Positions 19,160-28,781 of a stretch of 38,525 nucleotides of DNA are shown piece after piece (positions within the stretch are counted from its first letter, which is position 1; the number at the start of each line of letters is the position of its first letter). This stretch comes from a candidate division WOR-3 bacterium. GTDB taxonomy: Bacteria; Hydrothermota; UBA3072; B12-G15. The notes beneath the pieces were generated by a model, which saw nothing but the letters and a program-made list of their open reading frames with translations, searched no databases and was not told the DNA's origin. The stretch is taken from NCBI GenBank assembly GCA_965649055.1, contig CBFGJG010000017.1, positions 1 through 38,525 on the forward strand, written 5' to 3'. Position numbers and translations under genes: made by a program.

Positions 19160-19849
19160 TTATGTTTTTAAAATCCCTAATATCTCTTCTATATTCTCAA
19201 CTGCATCAAGGAACATATTCTTTCCATAAATACCATCCACCAAAATCTTATCCTGAATATAAAACGGAATACCAAGGATTTTGTTCTCAATGATATTAAA
19301 GTTTATCTTCTTATCAATCAGCATTTCCTTTCTCTTAAATAAAGAGAAAAGGAATGATTTTAAAACAGGTATCAAATCTTCAATCCTGTATTTACCACCA
19401 AGCATATTGTAAGGTTTTTCTTCTTCAAAATTAAATTTATTCAGTGTATAAAAAAGACCTATATTATCAAGCAATAAATACCTGTTTGTTGTTCCAAATG
19501 CAGGTATTATAAATTCTATCTGTTTAGAACCCATATCAGTCAAATCTTCTTTTCTCATAACAATCTCATAGTTTTCTTCTATGAACATTTTAATTATATT
19601 TGCTGTTTCCTGTAATGTTTTTCCTTCAAAATCTATATCTGTTTTCAAATCCCAGAATGGAAGATATATTTTCTTTGAATCATTTTTTATTTGTTCTTTC
19701 ACAAATATTGTTTTAATCTCAACAAATTTTCTATCTTTCAAATAATATCCTTTACCACAAACTGCACAGAAATGGAGATTATCTGATTTTAAAGATTGTA
19801 TCTTTGAGCCACAATTTGGACATACAAGCTTTATAAGTTCAATCTCCAT
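19160..19849 (-). CDS. Zinc-ribbon protein (YdjG-like), soluble
   Basis: CPNCG...CAVCG; IYLPFW and GIPFY motifs. Confidence 0.7.
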   Translation of the reverse strand: MEIELIKLVCPNCGSKIQSLKSDNLHFCAVCGKGYYLKDRKFVEIKTIFVKEQIKNDSKKIYLPFWDLKTDIDFEGKTLQETANIIKMFIEENYEIVMRKEDLTDMGSKQIEFIIPAFGTTNRYLLLDNIGLFYTLNKFNFEEEKPYNMLGGKYRIEDLIPVLKSFLFSLFKRKEMLIDKKINFNIIENKILGIPFYIQDKILVDGIYGKNMFLDAVENIEEILGILKT

Positions 19850-20702
19850 ATGAGTATAGAAGAAAGATTAATAAGCCTAAAAATACAATAAAACCAAGAA
19901 ATGGATTCATAAATGAAAATATAGATATTACCATAGTAAAGATAGGAATATAGTAATTTCTAATCCTTATTCTTTTTTCCCCAGTCATTTTTTCTTCCTT
20001 ATAAATCACCCTGTTTTTTACACCATCAATCACAAAATAACCAATGTTTGTCCTCGCAGTGAAAACAGGATAATAGATAACAGAAAAATATGGCAAAACA
20101 CATTCAAGGTCATATTTCAATTCATCATACCCTGTAAATTGTGCAAGAAACCTTTTGATTATATTTTTTAATGCATTATCTTTCATTTTTTCAATACCTG
20201 TGGATAAATCCATCACCGAACCAATTTTATGCATAGCTTCATCATCATAGGGTAAAAGTTCAATATCATTTAAATCAACCTTCTCTATTCCAAGTTTCAT
20301 TTTCCTCACCTGCGGGAATAGATTCTCCCTGTAAGTATTTACATGTTTTTTCAACCATTGTTCATCAATTGTAACAGTGTATGTCCTTAACCTTCCTTTT
20401 TCGTCCTTTTCCTGATATGTTATCTTCTTCCCTTTTCTATAACCATATACCCAACCAAATATCTCTGTTTTGACCTTCAGTATCGGAATAAAAATAATCC
20501 TGGATTCAATGATTTTAATATTTCTTTCCTTAAAATAATCTGTTATCCCTTTGGCAGGTCTTGCAAAATATCTTTGAATTCCTATTTTAGATGAAAGTAT
20601 ATATTCTGAACCACAATATTCACATAAGACATTCTTATCACCTTCATTTACCTTAACACTACCACCGCAGGAAGGACAATTTATAGATATTACATTATTC
20701 AT
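19839..20702 (-). CDS. Zinc-ribbon protein (YdjG-like) with a C-terminal TM hairpin
   Basis: CPSCG...CEYCG; IFIPIL and IYYPVF motifs; hydrophobic C-terminus. Confidence 0.7.
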   Translation of the reverse strand: MNNVISINCPSCGGSVKVNEGDKNVLCEYCGSEYILSSKIGIQRYFARPAKGITDYFKERNIKIIESRIIFIPILKVKTEIFGWVYGYRKGKKITYQEKDEKGRLRTYTVTIDEQWLKKHVNTYRENLFPQVRKMKLGIEKVDLNDIELLPYDDEAMHKIGSVMDLSTGIEKMKDNALKNIIKRFLAQFTGYDELKYDLECVLPYFSVIYYPVFTARTNIGYFVIDGVKNRVIYKEEKMTGEKRIRIRNYYIPIFTMVISIFSFMNPFLGFIVFLGLLIFLLYSYGD

Positions 20703-21285
20703 TTTTTTTCAAAAAAACCAGAAATGAAACCAACAAAGGGATTGTAAACTTCAATATCGGTTTCTTTATTAATACTGCCAATATTCCTGAAATTAAAAAG
20801 ATGATAGTGGGTAGAATATTTATCTTCTTTACTTCTTCCAGAGAATAATCGTTCAGAATATTTCCACTTACTGCACACATCAATATATTATTCCTTGTCT
20901 TATAAAATGGTGAGAAAACAAGAGATAATGCATTTTCTATTTTTATCTCAGGTTCAACGAGTTTTTTTTCAACAGGAATTCTATCTCCCTGTGGAATAAA
21001 GGTCTTTAGTTCATAATTTGCATCTTTTATACCAACAACATACTCCTCATCGTTGTTTCTTATTACTTTATAAAAAGGTATATAAATAAGTTCAAAACTA
21101 TCATTAATATTCTTTTTCTGGAAAATTTCTCTTGCATTCTCGTAAGAGATAAGTGGTATTATCTTTTCAAGTGTTCCGGATTCCTGAAAGATAAATATAG
21201 AACTTTTGCAGTAAGGACATTTAAGTATTTTTAAACCTGATTCTGTCTCAAATTCAGCACCACAGGAAGGGCACTTTATCTTCAT
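20695..21285 (-). CDS. Zinc-ribbon protein with a C-terminal TM hairpin
   Basis: CPSCG...CPYCK; IYIPFY and VFSPFY motifs; two C-terminal TM helices. Confidence 0.7.
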   Translation of the reverse strand: MKIKCPSCGAEFETESGLKILKCPYCKSSIFIFQESGTLEKIIPLISYENAREIFQKKNINDSFELIYIPFYKVIRNNDEEYVVGIKDANYELKTFIPQGDRIPVEKKLVEPEIKIENALSLVFSPFYKTRNNILMCAVSGNILNDYSLEEVKKINILPTIIFLISGILAVLIKKPILKFTIPLLVSFLVFLKKNE

Positions 21286-22301
21286 ACCAATTTATTACCA
21301 CATTCAGGACAGAATTTTGAACCTTCAGGAACTTCCTTACCACATTTTGAACAGAATTTCTTTTCAGTTAACTTTTCTCCACATTCCGGGCAAAATTTTG
21401 AACTTTCAGGTATATCTTTTCCACACTTTGGACACTTTTTTGTAGTTGCCTTCTTCTCACCTGAACCTTTAAGCATCTCAGGTATTGCCATCCCCATTCC
21501 GATCCCGGCACCAACACCAACACCTGCACCTGCTGTTCCACCAGGTTGACTTGCAGCATCACGCAAAGCCTTTGCTGCTTCAAATTTTGTGAAATCATCA
21601 AGATTCCCAACTGCATTCATACCTGCCTTCTCATCTATCATCTTCTGGACTTCTTCAGGTGGTGTTATTGATTTTATATAAAAATCAACAAGTTCAAGAC
21701 CATATTTTTCAAAGTCTTCTGAAATAAGTGATTTTGCACCAATAGATAATTCATCATAACTTCTTGGAAGTTCAAAAATAGATGTGTATCTTTCACCAAG
21801 AAAATCAGTAAGCCTTGAAACTATTATATCCTTGAAGAAATCATCTATCTTTGACCTTTCGTATATTTTTTGGGTCCCAACTATTTTGTTCACAAAAAGC
21901 TGTGAGTCCTTTACCCTGTACGATTGTATTCCATTTGCCCTTATCCTTATAATCTGAAGTTCTTTATCCTTAAAAAGTATTGGTTCAGCAGTTCCCCATT
22001 TTGCATTTGTGAATACCTTTTTATTTACAAAATATACCTCTGCCCTGAAAGGGCTTTTCCCGTTGAATGCAAGACCAAGAACATTCTTTATAAGTGGAAT
22101 ATTTAAAGTTGTAATTGTATGTCTTCCTGGTCCAAAGACATCAAGTGCCTTCCCATCCCTGAAGAAAACTGCTTCCTGATTTTCCCTAACAATCAACTGA
22201 CTACCAATAGCAATGTCACCAGAGCCCTTTTCAGGAATTCTGTGAACTATCTCTTCACCAGTATCATCAAAAAATTCTATTACTTCAAGAAGTATTGCCA
22301 T
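21282..22301 (-). CDS. SPFH (Band_7_1 / YdjI-like) protein with a C-terminal double zinc ribbon
   Basis: GSQLIVRENQEAVF.RDG, FGPGRHT..T.NIP, SPF.AEVYFVN, KWGT; Gly-rich linker; four CxxC motifs. Confidence 0.85.
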   Translation of the reverse strand: MAILLEVIEFFDDTGEEIVHRIPEKGSGDIAIGSQLIVRENQEAVFFRDGKALDVFGPGRHTITTLNIPLIKNVLGLAFNGKSPFRAEVYFVNKKVFTNAKWGTAEPILFKDKELQIIRIRANGIQSYRVKDSQLFVNKIVGTQKIYERSKIDDFFKDIIVSRLTDFLGERYTSIFELPRSYDELSIGAKSLISEDFEKYGLELVDFYIKSITPPEEVQKMIDEKAGMNAVGNLDDFTKFEAAKALRDAASQPGGTAGAGVGVGAGIGMGMAIPEMLKGSGEKKATTKKCPKCGKDIPESSKFCPECGEKLTEKKFCSKCGKEVPEGSKFCPECGNKLV

Positions 22302-22313
22302 TTTTCCCTCCTG

Positions 22314-22772
22314 TTATTTTACACCTAAGATTTTTTCTCTTCTTTCATTAAAAATTTTTTCAAAATCCCTGAAAAAATCATTTAGAATTTCAGGATTATT
22401 TAACATATCCTCGTTAAATCCAACTATTTTTCTTATCATATCCATATCAATATTAAGAATATCTTCAAGTATCTGTTCGTCAATATTTACAACATCAAAA
22501 AACCCTTTATAACCATAAGAAGTGTATTTTACCGAATCTTTTATCCTTTCTATATTCTTTGTTAATGATGAAAACCTGTCAAGTTCTTTCAATTCTCCTG
22601 ATTTTGTTATTTCTTTTATCCTGCTGTTAAGTTTTTTTTCAATTTCTTCAATCTTTCTATAAAGATAATCCCTTAAAAGTTTGTCTTCCTCTCTTCTTCT
22701 TTCCATCTCATAGTATCCTGAAAAACCCGGAATAATGGATGCTAATTCTTCAACAAGTTTTTTTATTGACAT
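22314..22772 (-). CDS. Conserved helical hypothetical protein
   Basis: IPGFSGYYEMERRREEDKLLRD and YGYKGFFD; GGAGG SD; first gene of the SPFH operon. Confidence 0.75.
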   Translation of the reverse strand: MSIKKLVEELASIIPGFSGYYEMERRREEDKLLRDYLYRKIEEIEKKLNSRIKEITKSGELKELDRFSSLTKNIERIKDSVKYTSYGYKGFFDVVNIDEQILEDILNIDMDMIRKIVGFNEDMLNNPEILNDFFRDFEKIFNERREKILGVK

Positions 22773-22816
22773 CTTTCCTCCATAAAAGTTATTTTATATA
22801 ATTAAAAAAAATTTAA

Positions 22817-23815
22817 TCAAAATGGCTTTGAGAGGATTTCTTCAACGGTCTTTAAGGCCTTCATATATTTTTCTTTTGGATTCAAATCAACTGCCTTTGA
22901 ATACATCTCTTTTGCAGTGAAGAAATCACCTTTTTGTTCGTATGCAACACCAAGATTGTAATAAATTGATGGATTTCCTGGTTCTACCTTTAATGCATCT
23001 TCCCAGGTTTTTCTTGCCTTATCCCATAATCCGTTTTTTGCAAAAGTTATTCCTCTATTCACAACTTCAGAACCTTTTTCAAGTTCCCTTGATACTGTGA
23101 TTTTCACAGGTGCAATCATACCTGCAAATTCAAAGGCAATCTTTGAAAGAAGGTCTGAAAGTATCTCCTCAGCAGCAGGTATTGTCCCTTTTCCTTCAAC
23201 AGATTCATAGTTTTTATCTTTTGTTAAGGATTTTACTGCAAGAAGCTGCCCTGTCTTTACATCAACAACCTTAAAACTTACTGATACTACACCTTTTCTT
23301 TTAATATATGATTCATCAACAAGGACTGTCTTCTTTATTTCTACCTGTCTTTCCTCCTCTTTCTTTGTAAAAATATTATAATATTTTTCTGTCTTGTATT
23401 CACCTGTCCCTACTTTTTTCTCAACCTTTCTTGTCCCTTTTTCATCCTCAACCTTATATGTTGTCACACTACCAAAGATTAATGCATCAACACCAAGCAA
23501 TCTACCTATCTCAACAGCAGTTGCCTGGTCTATTGCACCTGTTAAAGAAAATCCCTGTTCCTGTAATATCTTATCTATCTTTTCCCTCTCAAGTATGGTG
23601 AATCTCTGTGTTTGTGTAAGTAATTCAGTAAGTTTATATGATGCCTGTGTTCCCGAACCTTTTTCACCCTCAAATTCTGCAATTGCAATCTTTGTGACAT
23701 TACCGAGACTTACCTCCGGTGGTTTCATTGTCTCAAATGTTACAAGGGAAGATGGTGCACAAGAAAAGAATAATAAAACAAAACATACAACACTTAAAAA
23801 TATTTTCTTTACCAT
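22817..23815 (-). CDS. CsgG-like lipoprotein with a C-terminal TPR
   Basis: Lipobox FFSC; EREKIDKILQEQ...TGAID...IGRLLGVDALI; TPR motif IYYNLGVAYEQKG. Confidence 0.8.
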   Translation of the reverse strand: MVKKIFLSVVCFVLLFFSCAPSSLVTFETMKPPEVSLGNVTKIAIAEFEGEKGSGTQASYKLTELLTQTQRFTILEREKIDKILQEQGFSLTGAIDQATAVEIGRLLGVDALIFGSVTTYKVEDEKGTRKVEKKVGTGEYKTEKYYNIFTKKEEERQVEIKKTVLVDESYIKRKGVVSVSFKVVDVKTGQLLAVKSLTKDKNYESVEGKGTIPAAEEILSDLLSKIAFEFAGMIAPVKITVSRELEKGSEVVNRGITFAKNGLWDKARKTWEDALKVEPGNPSIYYNLGVAYEQKGDFFTAKEMYSKAVDLNPKEKYMKALKTVEEILSKPF

Positions 23816-23836
23816 AATAACCTCCGTTTTATATAG

Positions 23837-23864
23837 ATTATATAGATTAAATAAGCAATGTCAA
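23837..23864 (-). promoter_or_regulatory. Sigma70-like promoter with perfect hexamers
   Basis: TTGACA-N16-TATAAT, then GGAGG and ATG 23815. Confidence 0.75.
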
Positions 23865-24027
23865 TACATTTTTGTGGATGATTTACCACATATTAACAAG
23901 GTAAACCCAATTTTCGTAAAAATAGTTATAAGGCTTAAAAAACCACCTTTACTTTTTGATAACATTACATTTTATTAAATCAGATGTTGAACTATGCTCT
24001 ATCTTTAAATACAAATAATCCAGATAC

Positions 24028-24055
24028 TTGACTTTTCTTATATTTTAAATATCAT
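24028..24055 (+). promoter_or_regulatory. tRNA promoter
   Basis: TTGACT-N16-TATCAT, ending 8 nt before the tRNA. Confidence 0.7.
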
Positions 24056-24063
24056 TTAACTGA

Positions 24064-24136
24064 GCGCCTGTAGCTTAATTGGATAAAGCGTCGGACTACG
24101 AATCCGCAGATGGGGGTTCAAGTCCCTCCAGGCGCG
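24064..24136 (+). tRNA. tRNA-Arg (ACG); CCA not encoded
   Basis: Acceptor stem GCGCCTG/CAGGCGC, D-arm GCTT/AAGC, anticodon loop CT-ACG-AA (24098-24100), T-loop TTCAAGT. Confidence 0.95.
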
Positions 24137-25269
24137 TATTTTAGTTTAACCATTGCTTCAGTATGATAACTCATAGGGAACATATCAAATAGAATTAATT
24201 TCTCTATTCTATAATCCTTTATCAAATTCAAGTCCCTTGATAAAGTTGCAGGATTGCAGGATATATAGACTATCATCTCAAGTTTGGTTCTGTTTATAAT
24301 ATCTATTAAGTTTTTATTAATCCCTTCTCTTGGTGGGTCAAGGATGATTTTATTTGCTTTCTCTATATAATCTTCTGCTTTATTTATATCTATATTGATT
24401 GGCTTCACATTTTCACATTTATTTCTTAAAATATTATTACCTGCATCTATTATCTCATTTTCTGATTTTTCTATTATAGAAACATTTTTAACCTTTTTAG
24501 AAATTGAAATTCCAAAAGTTCCAACACCACCAAATCCATCTACTATTACATCTTCTTTTGATGGATTTATCAATTCATTTAATTTTTCAATCATCTTTTC
24601 TGCTATTCCTGTGTTTGTCTGGAAAAAAGAATATGGCGAAACCTCAAATTCAAATTCATTAAATCTATAAATTAATTTTTCATTCTTTCCCTTTATTATA
24701 AATCTTCTAAAATTATCATCAACTCCGATTGCAATAATCTTTCCTGAACTATCGGTTCTCAATATCAATTTTTCAAGATTTTTAAAAATACCTTTTTCTC
24801 TGAACTTCTTTATATTTTCTTCCTCAATAAAACATTCTTTTATTATGAATTTTTCGTTCTTCGAATTAAAGTATGCAAATCTATCATCAAGGAAACTATA
24901 TTCAACCTTATTCCTGTAATTTTCCCTCTTTAAAAAAATTACCTCATCAACATTTTTTTGAATCTTTCCAATCCTTTTTAAATCTTCTTCTAATGCCATT
25001 TTTTTTATCTTTATCTCTTCTTCCCTTTTTATATGCTGGAAAGAACAACCACCACAATATCCAAAATGAAAACATTTTGGTTTTTCTCTGATATCAGAAG
25101 GCTCAAGGATTTCAACTAATTCACAGATAAAATAATCCTTAACCTTCTTACAATCTCCAACTATTAAATCTCCAGGTGCAGTGTAAGGGATAAGATAAAC
25201 AAAACCATCCTTCCTTGCCAAACCATATCCTCCATGAATAATCTTTTCGATTTTTAGTTTTTCACGCAT
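24118..25269 (-). CDS. rlmD: RlmD/TrmA-family RNA (uracil-5)-methyltransferase
   Basis: TRAM-like N-terminus, Fe-S motif CFHFGYCGGC, SFFQTN, LDPPREG, YISCNPATLSRD, DMFP..H.E. Confidence 0.85.
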   Translation of the reverse strand: MREKLKIEKIIHGGYGLARKDGFVYLIPYTAPGDLIVGDCKKVKDYFICELVEILEPSDIREKPKCFHFGYCGGCSFQHIKREEEIKIKKMALEEDLKRIGKIQKNVDEVIFLKRENYRNKVEYSFLDDRFAYFNSKNEKFIIKECFIEEENIKKFREKGIFKNLEKLILRTDSSGKIIAIGVDDNFRRFIIKGKNEKLIYRFNEFEFEVSPYSFFQTNTGIAEKMIEKLNELINPSKEDVIVDGFGGVGTFGISISKKVKNVSIIEKSENEIIDAGNNILRNKCENVKPINIDINKAEDYIEKANKIILDPPREGINKNLIDIINRTKLEMIVYISCNPATLSRDLNLIKDYRIEKLILFDMFPMSYHTEAMVKLKYAPGGT

Positions 25270-26417
25270 TCCAAGATAAGATTTTTATATCTTTCACCTA
25301 TATTTTTCCATTCGAATCTTTGAATATCAGGAAATTCCTTTAATTTCACCGAATCCTTCATTGATATTTCTATCTTCGACGCAATTTCTTCAGGTTTATG
25401 GCCTGATGTTATTGCATAATCTTTTAATAAATCTTTCAATGCTCCATCACTAGATACAAGTAGAATGTTTTTCCCACTCCTTAGATAATTAAATGTTTTT
25501 CCGGGTATTGCAAATCGCGATTCTTCATCTGTAAGTATTAAAAGGAGTAAATCAGAAGAAAGCATTTTTCTTATCGCTTCTTTTCTCGGAAGGTATCCTT
25601 CGTATTTAAAAAATGGGAATAAATTTAATCTCTCAAGATATTCAGGAATAATATAACCAATAACCTTGAATAAAAAGATGTCTTTAAGATTCCTGATTTT
25701 TTTCTGCAATATCTCAAGTGCTTTAATAATATTATCAGGTCTATGAGTTTTATTAATTGTTCCAAGATAGGTTAATGTGAATTTATCCTCTTTTTCTTCC
25801 TGAATACCTTCAAAATCAGATTCATTATAACCATTAGTGATTGTTATTATTTTTTTAGAAGAATATCTTTTCTTGAATTCATTCTCAAGGCCATAAGAAA
25901 GGGTTACAACCACATCCGCTTTTTCTATTATTTTTTTTTCAAGTGCCTTTGCAAGTTCGTTCTCGAATGGGAAAAGATATTTTCCAATAGGTCCATCTGT
26001 ATATGGGTCTCTGAATTCTGCTATCCATCTGTATCCTCTTTTTTTTAAAAATAGACCAGCAAGGTGAATTGAAACAGGCGGTGAAGATGTAATAAATATA
26101 TCACTTTTTTCAAGATTTGATAATAGAAAAGGTAAGAAACCTATCTTGTTATCAGGAAAAGTTATAAAATCCCTTTTACCTTTTCCTGCTTCAAAAGGCG
26201 ATAAGGGCAAATGGAAAGGGTCAAGGGAATAAATCCTTTTTACATTTACAACATCATCTACTTCTTTTAAAATATATTTCTTTGGAATCTTAGGGGTAAA
26301 AACAGATAAATCAAATCCATTCTCTTTTAAATATTTTGTTATTTCATAACTTCTTTCAGTTCCACCCAGTGCAAGTGGTGGAAAATAATAGGTTATCCAG
26401 GAAACTTTAATACTTAT
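25254..26417 (-). CDS. GT4-family glycosyltransferase; start codon non-canonical or mutated
   Basis: Open frame upstream of the track start encodes the typical GT4 N-terminus [26 protein letters not shown]; also TSSPP, EFRDPY, ITNGY, IPGK..YL. Confidence 0.75.
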   Translation of the reverse strand: MSIKVSWITYYFPPLALGGTERSYEITKYLKENGFDLSVFTPKIPKKYILKEVDDVVNVKRIYSLDPFHLPLSPFEAGKGKRDFITFPDNKIGFLPFLLSNLEKSDIFITSSPPVSIHLAGLFLKKRGYRWIAEFRDPYTDGPIGKYLFPFENELAKALEKKIIEKADVVVTLSYGLENEFKKRYSSKKIITITNGYNESDFEGIQEEKEDKFTLTYLGTINKTHRPDNIIKALEILQKKIRNLKDIFLFKVIGYIIPEYLERLNLFPFFKYEGYLPRKEAIRKMLSSDLLLLILTDEESRFAIPGKTFNYLRSGKNILLVSSDGALKDLLKDYAITSGHKPEEIASKIEISMKDSVKLKEFPDIQRFEWKNIGERYKNLILECVKN

Positions 26418-27178
26418 TTCTTACCTTTCTCCTTGTTTGAATAGAACTCTATGAAAGGTTTAACAAGTTCCATCGGAATAGGGAAGATTACTGTTGAGTT
26501 ATTTTCTGCAGATATCTCAACAAGTGTCTGCAAATATCTAAGTTGCAATGTTAATGGGCTCTGCTCGAGTATCCTTGCAGCATCTGTAACCTTCTGAGCT
26601 GCCTGATATTCACCTTCTGCTGAAATTATCTTTGCCCTCTTCTCTCTTTCTGCCTCTGCCTGTCTTGCAATAGCCCTTATCATTTCCTGTGGAAGGTCAA
26701 CATGTTTTATCTCAACAGCAGTTACCTTAATACCCCAAGGGTCTGTTTCTTTATCTATAATCTGCTGTAATTTCACATTTATCTTTTCCCTTTCGGAAAG
26801 GAGTTCATCAAGTTCAACCTCACCGCATACACTTCTTAAAACTGTCTGAGCTATCTGACTTGTTGCATAGAAATAATCCTGAACCTCTATTATTGATTTT
26901 GCCGGGTCCATTATCTTAAAATACACAACTGCATTCACCTTTACAGAGACATTATCTTTCGTTATCACATCCTGCGGTGGAACATCATAGGCAACCAATC
27001 TTAACGAAACCCTATTTAACCTATCAAAGAATGGTATTATAAAAACAACACCAGGTCCTTTTACACCTGCATATCTTCCAAGCCTGAAAACCACACCTCT
27101 TTCATATTCCTGCAAAACCCTTATTGAATTTGCAAGGAGTATCAAAACAATAATAACTGCTACTATCCAACCAATCAT
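26414..27178 (-). CDS. Stomatin/slipin SPFH-domain membrane protein
   Basis: N-terminal [49 protein letters not shown]. Confidence 0.92.
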   Translation of the reverse strand: MIGWIVAVIIVLILLANSIRVLQEYERGVVFRLGRYAGVKGPGVVFIIPFFDRLNRVSLRLVAYDVPPQDVITKDNVSVKVNAVVYFKIMDPAKSIIEVQDYFYATSQIAQTVLRSVCGEVELDELLSEREKINVKLQQIIDKETDPWGIKVTAVEIKHVDLPQEMIRAIARQAEAEREKRAKIISAEGEYQAAQKVTDAARILEQSPLTLQLRYLQTLVEISAENNSTVIFPIPMELVKPFIEFYSNKEKGKK

Positions 27179-28416
27179 TATTCCTCCTTTTTTCTAACTT
27201 TTATTTTAAAACCTTCAACCTTTTCTACAATAACTATCTCCCCTTTCTTTATCTTCTCATCTGAATATGCACTCCAGTATGCACCATTTATATATGCTGT
27301 TCCATTCTTATATATATCAGTTATCGCTTCTCCTTCCATACCAATCATACCTTCAATACCTGAATATGGTCTTTTTTTCAGTGTTCTGACAACAAGTGTC
27401 AATGCAAATATAAGAAACAATGCAGTTGTTCCAACTGCCCCAATTATTAAAGGTAAAGATATCTTTAAGAATGGAACATCTGTCTTTATAAGCATTAGAG
27501 AGCCAAGAAACATTGATATTATACCTCCTATTGTTAAAGGCCCATTAGTTGGTGTTAAAACCTCAAGTATGAACATAATAATACCAAGTATTATAAGTGC
27601 CAGACCTGCATAATTTATCGGCAATGTCTGGAATGCAAAGAAAGATGTGATAAGGCATAATGCACCGATAACACCGGGTATTATTGCACCGGGATGTGTT
27701 ATCTCATAGATTAAACCATATATACCAATAATCATCAATATGTATGCTATGTTTGGATTTGAAATCCTCATAAGAAAAATATCTTTAAAATTCATCGTTC
27801 TTCTTTCTATATTTACATCTTTCGTCCTAAGAATTTTTTTACCGGTTGGGAGTTCAACCTCAAATCCATCTATCTTTGTAAGGAGTTCTTCTAAGTTTTC
27901 AGCAATAACATCAATAACATTCATTTTTAAAGCCTCATTTGCAGTTATAGAAGATGCATTTATAACTGCGTCAACAGCCCATTTTGAATTTCTTTTCCTT
28001 TTCTCAGCTATTGATTTTATGTAAGCTGCTGCATCATTCACCATCTTCTGTTTCATTGCATCATCAATCTTTTCGCCCTGACCGAATGCAACTGGTGTTG
28101 CAGCACCTATATTTGTTCCGGGTGTCATAGCAGCAATATGTGCTGCAAGTGTTATAAATACACCTGCCGATGCATCCCTTGCACCTGATGGATGAACATA
28201 TATGACAACAGGGACATTTGCATTAAGTTCTGCCTGGACTATATCACGCATTGCATCATCAAAACCACCTGGTGTGTCAAGGATTATAACAACTGCCTCT
28301 GCATTTACTCTCTCTCCTTCTTTTATAAGTTCAGCGATATATCTTGAAGATATAGGTCCAATTATACCTTTTACTTCTCCAGTAATTATTATTGATGCAA
28401 AAAGAAGAAATATCAT
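27178..28416 (-). CDS. nfeD: NfeD (long form) membrane-bound ClpP-like serine protease
   Basis: [21 protein letters not shown] bundle, C-terminal OB fold (G.EG...NGAYWSA); canonical pairing with stomatin. Confidence 0.9.
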   Translation of the reverse strand: MIFLLFASIIITGEVKGIIGPISSRYIAELIKEGERVNAEAVVIILDTPGGFDDAMRDIVQAELNANVPVVIYVHPSGARDASAGVFITLAAHIAAMTPGTNIGAATPVAFGQGEKIDDAMKQKMVNDAAAYIKSIAEKRKRNSKWAVDAVINASSITANEALKMNVIDVIAENLEELLTKIDGFEVELPTGKKILRTKDVNIERRTMNFKDIFLMRISNPNIAYILMIIGIYGLIYEITHPGAIIPGVIGALCLITSFFAFQTLPINYAGLALIILGIIMFILEVLTPTNGPLTIGGIISMFLGSLMLIKTDVPFLKISLPLIIGAVGTTALFLIFALTLVVRTLKKRPYSGIEGMIGMEGEAITDIYKNGTAYINGAYWSAYSDEKIKKGEIVIVEKVEGFKIKVRKKEE

Positions 28417-28422
28417 ATATAT

Positions 28423-28450
28423 AAATTAAAATATTAATCTTAAAAGTCAA
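28423..28450 (-). promoter_or_regulatory. Promoter for a leaderless transcript
   Basis: TTGACT-N16-TAATTT-N6-ATG(28416); no SD. Confidence 0.6.
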
Positions 28451-28527
28451 GTGGAATTTTTCAGTGTGTGATTACTATTTTTTAATGTAATGTATTATTA
28501 CTATAAATAAATATCTAATAAATGTTA

Positions 28528-28545
28528 AATTTCAATAGTCAAATT
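28528..28545. repeat. 18-bp quasi-palindrome, copy 2
   Basis: AATTTCAATAGTCAAATT, identical to 14389-14406. Confidence 0.7.
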
Positions 28546-28781
28546 AAGGATTTTCAAAAATAAAGTGAAGGAGAATTAGAAGAAACCTATGTTCAGAAAA
28601 AAACACTACATATTTAATAAAAATAACAACCCTTTTTTAAAAAATCTTTTACCTCTAGCTTTCAATGATTTTAATGACTACTTTAATAATATATAGCAAA
28701 GTAGGGAATTAAAATCTTATCTTTTATAGGTTGAAATTAGTAAGAATACAAAATTTTGAGAAATGAGAAGACTGACCCCAA

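Noticed and set aside
24064..24136. tRNA as an integration site for an island
   Set aside because: No duplicated tRNA 3' end or adjacent integrase found in the window
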